From NCBI GenBank assembly GCA_024137785.1, contig JAHRHZ010000012.1, forward strand, positions 42,008,966-42,072,965: a stretch of 64,000 nucleotides of DNA, read 5' to 3'. Within the stretch, counting starts at the first letter, position 1. Each line of letters opens with the position of its first letter. Positions 52,216 to 64,000 of this stretch are shown in pieces. Origin of the DNA: Ginglymostoma cirratum (taxonomy: Eukaryota). The notes under the pieces were generated by a model, which saw only the letters and a list, made by a program, of their open reading frames with translations, was not told where the DNA came from and made no database searches. The position numbers and the translations under genes were made by a program.

Positions 52216-54214
52216 TTAAATAGTTTTTCAATCACTGACGATAAAGAGAGGAAATTATTTTCATGTCTCTCCTGCACACTTCCAGCAGCTGAATTCAAGT
52301 GTGCATTGTTTGAGAAATGGGAGTAGTAACCATAGTTATTGCTACAGTATGTAGTATAGATATAGGAATGTAATAGATACAGGATAAATGATCTGACACA
52401 GGTCTAAATAAAAACTGACTCTTTCCAATCTAACCATTTTCTTATAATTTCCAATTTTGATGCTAGCTGGAAAACTATTGTCTATATAAACCTGTTAGAA
52501 AGTCCGTGCTCAGTTTATTAAATGTATCAGTTAAGTGATCCAACTATAAAACTGCATCACCCAACGTGTTTTTTTTCAATTACAATGAGTATGCTAATAT
52601 CTCTTTTTACAACACCAATCACCTACTCTGTTGAAAAGAATTGTACTTCTCAACAGAAATTATTTTTCAGTGAATCCAACAATGCGAGATTTCATTTGAA
52701 GCAGTTATGTTTTCCAAAATGTTATGCCTACGTGGTCATAGATAACAACTGTGCTATAAAAATAAAACAAATGCTATCTTAATTCATAGCCCGTTGCTTA
52801 TTCTGATCTAATAAGTCTGGCCAGTTTTATGATACTATAGCCGAGTCATTGCATAAAAGTTTGCATTTGGAGTCATGTCATTTACTTCTAAGAACTAGGT
52901 AAGCTTACATTAATATTTTGGGGTGTGCAGAAGCCCAATGCAGTTTACAGAACATTGGATTGATTTGCTAAAACCAGCGGCATTGAGGTCAAGTGTTCCG
53001 TCTAATAAGACAGCATTTTACACAGATGTAGAGCCAGAGACGATTCTGTCAGTCCGACAGTAGCGGCTGTTAAGGTTCTGCTCATCGTTCTAAGTGGTGC
53101 AGAGGTCAGTAGTAGAAAATAAAATGCCAGTTCAAGTTTGCTTTCATCAGTTCTCAGCCAGGTCATTAGGTGGAGTATTCCACCAGGGAAAACTACATAC
53201 TTCATCCTGATTTGATGCAGTGATATGCTCCTGCTGGACAATATAGCCAGCAATGCGGATTTAGCAAAGCTGTAGTTCCAAAGTCTGCTTCACTGTGGAG
53301 GGAGCAAGTATCTCCATTACATTGAATTTTTGCAACATTGTTAAATGTTAATATCTGAGACATTTTTTATTGAAATGATTTAAGAATTGTTGCTTTCTTT
53401 AAAAATTAATTTTTATAGCAGGGCTGACAAATAAGTAAACGAGAGGACTCTCACAGCTAATGGATAGATTAATCATCAGTTTATCGATCAAAACACACAG
53501 ACAGCAGAGAAAGTGTAGATAGTGCCTTAACTAAAGTTACCATTTTGTTCACCACAACAAGTGGAGGGCTGGGCAATATATGTATAGCTCTAAAACAGAG
53601 CAACTCCATTGCTTTCCTTCCCCACCTTGTCCCTAACCCCTTCCCAATTGAGCCTGTCCAGTGGGTAAGTCAAGTTGCAGGAAAAGGCAAGATTTAAAGA
53701 CTGAGAACGGTGAATAAAGTGAACCTGTTTTCTCACTTTGAGTTCTGAGATAGGCAGTGTTCTACATAACAATAAACAACAGATCAACAAATATCATAGT
53801 GAGGGAGTGAGCAAGAGATTCAAACACTCCTATTCACCATTTACTTCATTCTTTCCACCCTCTTTTTATAACTTCATTATCTTATTGAACCATTTAAGCA
53901 GAGAAAAAAATTAGAAATTAAAAATGTTTCCAACCTAGATAACACAAACCATCAGGAACAGTTAGCATCTTGCATTAATATTAGTTTAAAATATTTAGCC
54001 GATATAAATTTGAACTGGACATTTTTTCATCCAAGTGTCAGAATTCCAGATGAACAAATAGAGGTGAAATGATTTGGGTTGGCAGCCCACAAATATTGTA
54101 AACAGATTATCATTCACTAATCAAGAAAATACAATAGCATTTTAAAGAGAAAAAAAGCAAACATTTTCCCCCGCATTGGACACTTTTATGAAGTAAATGG
54201 AATGGAACAAGGAA

Positions 54215-55149
54215 CATCTGCATGCAATTATAAATTGTCACTGGGAAATCCAATATAAATGATGTGGATGTGAACATAAGAGGTATGGTTAGTAAATTTG
54301 TCGATGACACTAAAATAGGAGGTGTAGTGGACAGTGAAGAAGGTTATCTCAGAATACAATGAGATCTTAATCAGGTGGGCCAATGGACTGAGGAGTGGCA
54401 GATGGAGTTTAATTTAGATAAATGTAAGATGTTGCAATTTGAAAAGGTAAATGAAGGCAGGAGTTATACACTCAATGGTAAGGTCCTGGGGAGTGTTGCT
54501 TAACAAAGAAACCTTGTAGTGCAGATTCATAGTTCCTTAAAAGTGGAGTTGCAGGTAGATAGAATAGTGAAGAAGGCATTTACTACACATGCCTGTATTG
54601 GTCAGTGTGTCAAGTATAGGAGTTGGGAGGTTGTTGTGGCTGTACAGGACATTGGTAGTATGTTGTGAAACTAGAGCTGGTTCAGAAAAGATTTATGGGG
54701 AGGTTGCCAGGGTTGGAGGGTTTGAGCTATAGGGAGAGGCTGAACAGGCTGGGCCCATTTTTCCTGGAGCATCGGAGGCTGAGGGGTGACCTTAAAGAGG
54801 TTTATAAAATCATGAGGGGCATGGTTAGGGTGAATAGCCAAGGTCTTTACCCCAGGGTAGGGGAGTCTAAACTAGAGGGTATAGGTTTAAGATGAGATGG
54901 GAAAGATATGAAAGGGGTCTAAGAGGCAAATTTTTCATGCTAAGGGTTGTACGTGTATGAAATGAGCTGCCAGAGGAATGGTGCAGGCTGGTACAATTAC
55001 AATATTTAAAGGGCACCCGGATGGGTATATGAATAGAAAAGGTTTAGAGGGATATCGGCCAACTACTAACGAATAGGACTAGATTTATATGGGAGGTCAG
55101 GTCGGCATGGAGGGGTTGTTTCTGTGCTGTATATATCTATGACTCTATG
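54215..55149 (+). mobile_element. CR1 LINE, 5'-truncated
   Basis: INDVDVNIRGMVSKFVDDTKIGGVVDSEEG...WTEEWQMEFNLDKC...VQKRFMGRLPGLEGLSYRERLNRLG..LEHRRLRGDL, ending in the tail ctatgactctatg. Confidence 0.93.
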
Positions 55150-55747
55150 TCATTAATGGGTGGAATTTTCCCAGCCATGATCAGAATGGGCAGTAGTAAG
55201 GAAGGTGGGAAAATATGGTGAGAATTAAAACATCTAATTCCCGTGACGAGAAACAGTATTTCCAGTTTTCCCCCAAAAGTTTTAATTGTGAGTTCTGAAT
55301 CTCACTAGAAAGTGATATCTACCTTATTCCTATCTATTTGCATCTCATTATTAGCTAATGTCACCTCATTTATGTGCAGTTTGTGATTTGTCCATTCAGT
55401 GCTGAGAAATTAGACGCCATCAATTCCCAACTTAAAATGCAGTGCAGTTACTTGGCAGATGGTGATTGCTACTTGCTTCTCCATTTAATATCCCTTCACC
55501 AACATGTCCTTGAATACTGCATGCTCCCTCCTCTAGCTTTTGTCCACCAAAGCCAGCATTGGATTGGTAAACCATCAGCTTCAGTACATTATCACAGCTG
55601 ATTCCCGGAACAACTCAAAATCAACTTCAGCCTTTCAGCACTTCACTTTGGAGATGAGGGATTCATTTGGCTTGCATGCTCCTGCTAGATCACTTTGTTT
55701 TCAGGAACACATAGCCAACTTGGTCATTCACGAGGAGGCATTGTTTT

Positions 55748-56018
55748 AGGGTAAGCGGCAGGAAATTCAGAGGGGATATGAGAAAAAACATTTTCACTCA
55801 GAGAGCGATGGGAATCTAGAATACACTGTTTGGAAAGTTAGTGGAGGCCTGAAACTTTATAACCTTTAAGAAGTATTTGGATGAGCAGTTGAATTATCAA
55901 GGATATGGGAGAAGTGCAGGAAATTAGGATTGGCACACCTTTATTGTAGTTATGTCAGTGAGGACTTGATGGGCCAAAAGGCCTTTTCTGCGCTGTATGA
56001 CCCTATGACTCAATGACT
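55748..56018 (+). mobile_element. CR1 3' end
   Basis: RGDMRKNIFTQR...FKKYLDE, followed by gatgggccaaaaggccttttctgcgctgtatgaccctatgact. Confidence 0.85.
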
Positions 56019-57068
56019 TTATCTTCTTCATCTATAAAGGATGGAACTTATGGCTTTTAGCTGCAATTCTTAGTGCTCAATCACTTTGTGGTTATTTGAA
56101 GGCTGCCTTTATGGATTGCATTGCATTTTAGCCAGACAGCAGCAAGAGTTTGTAGTAATGGAAGATGAGGTGGTGAGAGCCGCTGAGTGGAGATACTGTG
56201 TACAATAGCGAGATTGGTAGTCCATTAGTGTTGGTGAGTTCATATGAAGTGGCAGAACTGGAGGCACTTAAGTCTTGATGAGTGCAGAACATCATTGTCC
56301 TTTCTCCTGGGCTGCAGTGCACTCTTACTGACCCTGGAGACAGCACTGACCTAGGACGTTTCCTATGTCCAGATCAGCTGGCAAGATTCAATATCTTGAC
56401 CTCCTCTGATGATCCACCAGATACAGGATGGCCCTCCTTTCAACTATCCCATCCACTAGGACCTCGAGATCTCATCTAGAAATTGGAGGGCCATCCTCCT
56501 TTTCTGAGACATTTAGGTTTCTACAGAAGGCAGTGTGCAAGGTAGTTGCTGGCTTGCAGCATCTGAAGTTGTCTATAGCTGCCTTTAAAAATGGTGACAG
56601 CAACAAAATTTTGCCTCTCCTGCATGAGAAGGATGCGAAAGTAGCTAGTTATATAATTAATGAGATGAGGAGTGGAAGCTCAGGAGAGAAATCCCACTGT
56701 GAGCCATGACAGGATATCTTCCATGAAACTCCCTGAAAATAACATAACACTAATAAATGGGAAGCTCCAGTCCAATGTAACAGATGACAGTTCATTGTTT
56801 CACCTCTTACTAATCCGCTGACAGGTGTTCTACATACACCAGTGTAAGGGATTATCTATGATTAATATCTATGATTATTTTCTATAGATTTTTTTACATT
56901 CACACTCATAATGAAATCTGCCTGCTTAAATTTGGTCTGTTGTGATTGTACCTTTCTACTGGTGGCATCTTGCAAATTATAGCAGCATGACAGAGCAGAT
57001 TTTTGGACAACAATGTCCAGATTGGGACAGTAAGGAACAGGATGTATAAACATTTAGAAAAGCAGTAA

Positions 57069-57251
57069 TATCACAGTGTGGAGATGGAAGAACACAGCAG
57101 GCCAGGCAGCATCAGAGGAGCAGGAAAGTTGACGTTTCAGGTCGGGACCCTTCTTCTCCTGCTTCCCTGATGTTCCTTGGACTGCTGTGTTCTTCCAGCT
57201 CCATACCGTGTTATCTCTGACTCCAGCATCTGCAGTTCTTGCTATCCCCAT
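57069..57251 (+). mobile_element. PLE-derived inverted-arm element (family A-like)
   Basis: 11-bp TSD aaaagcagtaa (57058-57068 and 57252-57262). The left arm is antisense and carries gaagaagggtcccgacctGAAACGTC; the right arm is sense with an unpaired ~36-nt tail at 57216-57251. Confidence 0.88.
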
Positions 57252-57469
57252 AAAAGCAGTAAGTAGTGTCACAGCAGGATAAACGGGAAAATGGCACAAC
57301 TAATGGCTCTTTACTTGAAAGTGACTAATATTCAAAACAAAACAAATGAATTAATGGCACAAACACTGAAAAATGGGTATGATCTTACAACCATAGCACA
57401 GACATGGTGATAAGGAGATCAAATCTGAGGACTAAATATTCAGGAGAATGTGACCTTTTGAAAGGACAG

Positions 57470-58612
57470 GAAGGATGAAAAGAATTGTGGGGGACCATTG
57501 TTAGTGCAGCAAGGAATGAGTACCAAAGCAAAAAATGACCCGAGATCAGAAAGTGTAGAACACGTGTGGGTGGAGATAAGAAATAACAAGGGGAAGAAGA
57601 CATTGGTAGGAATAGTCTGTAGGCCTCTTAATGATAGCTATTCAGTATGACTGAGAATATATCTACCATTCTTACCTGGTTAGGTCCACATGTGATTCCA
57701 GACCCACAGCAATGTGGTTGACTCTGAACTGCCCTCTGGACAGGTGTGGATTGGCAATAAATGCTGGCCTGACCAGTGATGCCCACATTTCCAGAAGGAA
57801 TAAAAAAAAGGGCATGTAACAACATACATTAACCATGGGTGAATCAAATCTTCAGGTAGATTGGGATAGACTAATTGGCAGAGATAGCCACAAGGAAGAA
57901 TTTGTAGTGTGTGCTCAAGACAATTTCATAGAGTTATAGAGTAATACAGCATGGAAACAGGCCTTTCAACTTACCATGGCTATGGTGACTAACAAATACC
58001 AAACTACACTAATCCCATTTACCTGCAATTAGTCCATAGCCTACTATGTCCTGGCATTTTAGGTACTCATTAAGATGCTTCTTAAATGTTGTGAGAATAT
58101 TTGCCTTCACTGTCTTAGGCAGCACGTTCCATAGTTCTGCCACCTTCTGGGTGAAAAAAAATTCTTTCTTCGATCTCCTCTAAACCACTTGCTCCTCGTC
58201 TCAAAGTTATGCTCTCTAGTCTTAGACATGAGAGACAACTTCATTAAAACATATAAGATTCCTAGGGACCTTGACAGGGCAGATGCAAGAAGATTGTTTG
58301 TCCTTCTGGGAGAGTTTAGGACCAGAGGACGTAATCTCAGAATAAGGAGCCACCTTTTTAAAACAGAGGTAAGGGAAATTTTGCCACTCAGAGAGTAGTG
58401 AATGTGTGGAATTCTTTACCACAGAGGACTATATAGATTAGGTTGCTATATGTTCCACATTGAGATAGACAGATTTTTAGTCAGTAAAGGAATCGGGATT
58501 ATGGGTAAAAGGCAGGAAAGTGAAGCTGAGGATTATCAGATCAGGCATGATCTCATTGAAAAGCAGAGCAGATTTGATGGACTGAATGGCCTGCTTCTGC
58601 TCCTACATCTTA
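57470..58612 (+). mobile_element. Fragmented CR1 (endonuclease piece and 3' end) interrupted by a SINE tail and an inverted CR1 tail
   Basis: VEHVWVEIRNNKGKKTLVGIVCRP and MGESNLQVDW (endonuclease). The 3' part 58226-58612 reads MRDNFIKTYKI...FKTEVR and ends ctgcttctgctcctacatcttat. A minus-strand CR1 tail occupies 57927-58225 (catagagttatagagtaatacagcatggaaacaggcc). Confidence 0.8.
57660..57810 (+). mobile_element. 3' part of the SINE family seen at 25340-25683
   Basis: cttacctggttaggtccacatgtgattccagacccacagcaatgtggttgactctgaactgccctctg...ggcaataaatgctggcc...aataaaaaaa. Confidence 0.8.
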
Positions 58613-60812
58613 TTAAATTTGTACTTCTGAACTCCTCAGCTTATATTGTATGTAAGCACCAATGCTGTTTAACTACAAATCGTTGTCATACATAAATCTA
58701 AGTACTGACAGTGTGATTTTAAAGTGAAAAATGAATAACATCACATGTCTGGACCTGATTATCCCCATTATTTCAACCTGTTTCACCTGAGGTTTTAACT
58801 CTGTGTCCTGTGGGAGATCAACTGGCAAACTTTCAGCAGTTTTGAGAAATATTACAAAACTTAGGCATGTTTATCCTATTTTTGCTCATGAAAAGAGAAA
58901 ATGTTATGAAATAGTAGAGCAATTACTATGCACTATGTTAATATTTTAGGAATTTGTTGTCGACAAAAACTACAGTGGAGCTTTAAGAAACTTTCTGCAC
59001 AGTTTATGTCAGCCCATCAAAATTCTAATTCACTACTTTTTGCTGGTTTTACTTGCAAGAAGAATGAGATTTTCATACTTTGGTATGGGAGTGCGTGCAG
59101 TTCTTGCATTTTGCTGTCCATGGTGCACTAATCTGTGTGCTGAGTGCAGCTGAAGTTTAATTATTGCTTCTTGGCCTTTTAGATGTTAGTTGTGATTGTG
59201 CCTGCTGGTCTCAAAACTTTTCCTCGCCACCATTAATAGGAAACCATACCATGTGTACTTTCAGTCAGCAAATGCTCCAATATATCATAGACACTTGCTC
59301 AACTCACCTTTGCAGGGCAAGTCGAGCATGTTATTTTCTGTTTAGATCTGAATTCTGAGCCTATCAGTCAGTCAGGCTTTCCAATTCTGATTAAAGTGAG
59401 TCATATAAACCTGAAGTGTTCACACATGGTCTCATTAGAGTGCTGGCTGTCATGACCTCAGGCCTTCTAGTACGAAGCTCTGAGTGAACTTCAAATATTA
59501 GAGTGCATCAATCAGATCTAAGTCAGGCTTTTCTTTCCTGTCATCTTTTTATTTAACTTTAATCTGTACTAGAGGATACAATGCAGGAGCATTGGTGCAA
59601 TGGCACCATATGTTTTCATCTTTCCAAAATAATTAATTTATTAAATTAGCTCTCTGTGAAAGTGCATTTAGCTTTCACATCAAATTACTGTGCTTTGGTG
59701 CTTTAGTTTTGACAAACAGAGGATAACATTTCCCATCGATCTGAGCAGCCAGTTTCTAAGCTTATCCACACACATCTGCATCTCTAGCCAGGACTAACTG
59801 GCCGCAAACAGCTTCTGTATATGACTGCAATTAGGGCTGAAATTAAAATGTGCAATGTGTCCATAAGCAAAGGCAAATTAAAGAGGTACTGTTTATATTC
59901 CAGCGTTTAGTGGACGCATCAAGAAAGTCGCAAGTTGAATTCTTGCTCTGCCCTGAATTAAATGTTCTCTGTCAAGTCTAGTGTGAGTGTTAAAGATGGC
60001 CTTCATGTCCTGGTTACAGAGCAGAAAAATAATAGTGGGAGCTCACTGTTATTGATATTTAATATCCCAGTTTGAAATTCGTATTTGTGGATATTAAAGC
60101 AGGATTGATTTTAACTGTGATGTTTCATAGCCACACAGGTTTCTGACCTTACACTATAGGCTTACATGGAAAACGATCAATTATACAAGCCAGCAGAGGG
60201 TTTCCATTATCCCTTGTTCCTTGTGTTAATTAATTAATTTTGGAATAGAATAGGGTGGGATGAGGAAAGGCTCACCATCATGGCCAATGTGACATGCTGT
60301 GAGGATTTTGCGGCTGCTATGCTGTTTTTCTGGTTATGTCTTTCCCTAACTCTAAACACGCTGTAGAAATTTCCCAGCCTGGTGTATGTGGGTTCTGATG
60401 CCTGCTGTATTTGAAAAATATATCTGATTGTGACCCGATGTTATCTCATTTCCTTCTAGATTTTGCTGCAGTGTGTTCCAAGTCCTGCAGACAACCTCCA
60501 GGGGTCTAGCAGGAAAACAATTGAGCCAATTAAAAAGGCAATTTGAGAGCTTTTTATATCACAAATTCCTTCTTTCTGCGTTGTGCCTGAACCTTGCCAG
60601 GTTCACTAAGAACAATGCATAAGGGAAAGAATTTCAGTGAAACCGATAAACTGGGAAGGCTTTGATCAGTTACACTGAAGAGCTCCTGCCGTAGCCATTA
60701 AGAGATGGTTGTGCAAAGCTTTTCCTTCCTCAGTGCTGGTTTCACTACTTGAGAAGTGATTTCTAACTTCTTGGGTGTTATTTCACTTGTCTAGCGTTTT
60801 GCTCCCCTTCAG

Positions 60813-61074
60813 CTGGACTTCCAACAGACTTCAACAATGACATGCAGGCAGCTGAAACAGCTCCATCTTTCAACGTTACTGAGGAGAAACAGTCAAAGCC
60901 ACACCACCATCAACATCAGCGGAACCTGCCTGTTCCTCAACTGTACAATCCTTCATGGGCAGATAGTTCGCTGCGATCCTTCAGCAATAGTTCCAGACAA
61001 GAGGGAGATATCTCGGAAGCAACATTCCAAAGTCTCTTGTTCATTCTTGTGGTTGCTGCAAGATCAGTAAGCTG
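60813..61074 (+). other. Candidate exon of unknown product
   Basis: Acceptor gttttgctccccttcag| at 60812 and donors tca|gtaagc (61066) or ctg|gtgaga (61074). Two of three frames are open for ~250 nt. No recognisable domain. Confidence 0.2.
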
Positions 61075-62777
61075 GTGAGACCTCATAACTCGTACTGTAC
61101 CCCTTGAAATGAGAAATACTTCCTTTAACAGAATGGATGGGTCATTTCACCTATCTTCGCCAATGGGTGAATAAGCTTGGATTTGGAATGCTAATCTCAT
61201 CATTCTGGCCAAAAGTCTCGGTCAAACACAACTATTGCAAAATCAAGTATCCTGCATTAAAATGGTCCCACCATCCTAGAAGGGACTAAGTGAACAGAAA
61301 TCCACCCCCAGATTCTGCTCAAAACATTCGCAGGGATGTGGCTGAAAGAAGTAATTTGGGGAAATGATGGATCAGGAGCATCTAACTACAATGTACAATT
61401 TGTAATGGATGATTAATGCAGTTCATTTCAGTGTTGGAGCATGGTATCACTCATTACCTAGATATTTAAAGTAGGATGGATCTGCAATTATACTTTGTAG
61501 TCATTCATCCTCAGTTTTGAGATTCTGGGCGAAAGCTTTGGCATTACAATTGTGTCAATTATTGTACAACGAAAAAAATTGCTGTACTCTGACAACTGGC
61601 TATTCGTAATTAAAGGTGTATATCAAATACTAAATTATTATGTTATTAGTAATTTAAATTATTGATGACAGCAATAGAATCATGACAAATTCATAACGTC
61701 AATTACATTTGGTGTTACAGATTTATTATTTTAATCTCATTTGATTTTTTTTCTCTTATTTTACCCTTCATTCTGAACACAATTTATTCGTCAGTGTGAT
61801 TTGGCATTCAAAAAATTGCCCCATCCCGAGAGTCTCAAAAATTGATTGATTAGTCTTTCTGTGGAAGCCTGGATAGTGATGACAGACTGTAGTAGATGTC
61901 AGAAGTGAGTCTAATCCTGATCTCTATTTCCTCTGCATGGAGCAGCCATTGGAACTTTTTGGTCCACGTATTTTGGTAACACATGCTACAACACTTGCAC
62001 TGAGGAGAATCTTTAATTAAGTTAAAACTTTTGAGCGGTTTGGAAACACTTGCACTATATTCTATGAAGTGACTTTATGACAGTATTTGGACAAATATTT
62101 AACAAATCTCCACTCCTAATATGGAACCTCATCTGGGTTGACTGCATGATTTCAGTCTGGACAAATTGTGGGAGAAAGGTACAAATTCCTGATCTACAAC
62201 CATGCCAGATTGAGGCTGCACATAAATGGTGGAAATTTATCAAACTTCCATAGGTCCATAGGACCTCCTGGGTGAAACATATTTACCACATCAGTCAGGT
62301 AGGTGCCACAGCAACACTGTCCATGGCTCCATATGAAAACCCCACATTGTCAGTGACACACAGCACAAATGTTTCCTCAAGACCCTTTCTGTATGTCTTT
62401 AGCTCTGGTATGAAGCACTGTTAAGCTATCGCAAAAGATGACCTGCGATTTCTAGTTTCTAGTGAGGTACGTGAGCAGAGTAAAGAAACGGCAATGGAAA
62501 CAGTGTTTCAATCTATCTTTGTAAGTTTAAAATAGACTTATTTGCTGTTGTTACTAATGTCTTTCAACTGGAAGAAAGGTGTTGTTCTGTTTTCGTATGC
62601 TAGGTGTCACTGATGGAAGTCTCAACTATCTGCTAGACATCTGCGTCGCATTGATATTAGGATCTTGCAGGTATTTTGCATGCAGTGGTTATGCTGATAC
62701 ATAATGCAAAATAAGTAAGTCTTCATACTAATGCTGTCGTTTGGAAGCCTGTTAATAGTAACCAGAAGATTTTGGAA

Positions 62778-62927
62778 AAAAAGGTGCTGAAGAAGGGTGA
62801 CTCAACCCAAAACATTAACTCTGATTTCTCTCCACAGATGCTGCCAGTCTTGCTGAGTTCTTCCAACAATTTCTGTGTTTGTTTCTGATTTCCAGCATCT
62901 GCCGTTCTTTTGGGTTTTTTATGTTGA
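62778..62927 (+). mobile_element. PLE-derived short element (family B), single arm with tail
   Basis: 12-bp TSD aagattttggaa (62766-62777 and 62928-62939). Core CTGAAGAagggtgactcaacccAAAAcattaac, followed by the family B body and tail. Confidence 0.88.
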
Positions 62928-64000
62928 AAGATTTTGGAATCTAGGTTGGATGACATTTTATTGTTCCAAGCATGTTACTGAGTATAGTCGTTACTGAAAG
63001 TAAATCTGCGGCTTGATGGTTACAGGTAATTGAAGAGTTAACGAATTTTATGAAATTCTTGAAACAAGCGGCACTCCTTGTCTGTTATGAGAGGTTCAGT
63101 GCCTCTAATGATAATGTTTAGGGACAGTACACTGGTAATTTACAATTCCTGTTGTACCCTCCATAGGGATTGATAGTGAATTATTTATGCACCTTATTCA
63201 GACAGAATGGAGATATTTTAGTTAAACCTAATCACTCATAGGCTTGAAACTACTGGCGCCTTTTTGCTATAAATGTTCTCAGCCTCTTGTGGTTTATAGC
63301 ACAACATTTCATTTCCAGTAAAATATGTTGTCCCACAGAGACAGTGATACAGTATAATAAGATGCTATCGCACTAGAAACCTTTCAGGGTGCATTTACAC
63401 TGCAAGCTTCGCATCAGTGTAAAGTGATTTTAGCTTCGCACTAACATTAAACCAGCATTGTAAATCCAGAGTCAGGTCAGGAGTGAAGTAGAGTTAGAGT
63501 CCCTGGAGGGAACAGTCACACGGTGTTTTCGTTTGCCACTGCCTAGAATCTAAATCCAATGTGGTGTCAATCTCACCTTACCAAAGTATGCCTGAACACT
63601 TTGTAGCACCACCCAATTTTAATTTACATGTTAAGAGTGTAGGGATTCTCCACTTTCAGCTTTCCCCAGCCATTTAAATATTTGAACCGTTGTGAAGCAG
63701 CTCAGTCCCTGCCGTTACACAAGCGTGCAAACAGCTCCCTCCTGGGCAAGACTGTCACTATTTCAGCCAGTCAGGAGCCAGGTAACATAAACAAGGACAG
63801 CTGCAAGTAAAAATGCATTTTTAGTGGGCTTTATGGATTGGACAGTTGGCTTTACTGCATATTCAACATTTATCCAAACATCCTGAATAATTTGACAAAG
63901 TAATTTTTTTGCAACATCATTAAAGTCTTTTAATAATGCCTCTCCCGACCAACTTCTTTCCTGTTTTACTCCTTTCATGAAAGCATTATTTCTTCATTCT

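Noticed and set aside
12791-62939. Recurrent ~30-nt hairpin motif as a CRISPR repeat
   Set aside because: Copies are dispersed kilobases apart in both orientations, each within a longer shared body and mostly with TSDs. There is no repeat-spacer array or cas gene.
1-64000. The many 60-146 aa ORFs in the supplied track as genes
   Set aside because: The DNA is eukaryotic. The ORFs are short, often start at non-ATG codons, and either overlap decayed LINEs/SINEs or show no recognisable domain or consistent exon chain.

Overview
This is eukaryotic, AT-rich, CpG-depleted non-coding DNA. The repeat repertoire (CR1 tails ending in (gactctat)n, an HE1/V-SINE, a SacSINE1-like DeuSINE, Penelope-derived short elements) points to a cartilaginous fish, most likely a shark (inference). 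No intact protein-coding gene, RNA gene or CRISPR array is recognisable, and nearly all listed ORFs are chance ORFs or pieces of decayed transposons. Positions ~1-40 kb and ~54-58.6 kb are dense with fossil mobile elements: CR1, a second CR1/Jockey-group LINE, L2, RTE, SINEs, hAT, Harbinger, a Tigger-like MITE and an LTR-element gag fossil. Positions ~40-54 kb and ~58.6-64 kb are repeat-poor and enhancer-like. The most notable signals are: (1) eight short Penelope-type insertions carrying a minimal hammerhead-ribozyme-like core, six with 9-14 bp target-site duplications (TSDs) and four with inverted arms plus a ~35-40 nt tail; (2) one of these (14611-15055) encloses a 211-bp copy of genomic DNA from 1 kb upstream; (3) a frameshifted Gag-like reading frame at 5.5-6.7 kb; (4) an RTE LINE with an internal inversion. 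Family assignments rest on motifs read by eye and recalled consensus, and repeat boundaries are approximate unless fixed by a TSD.
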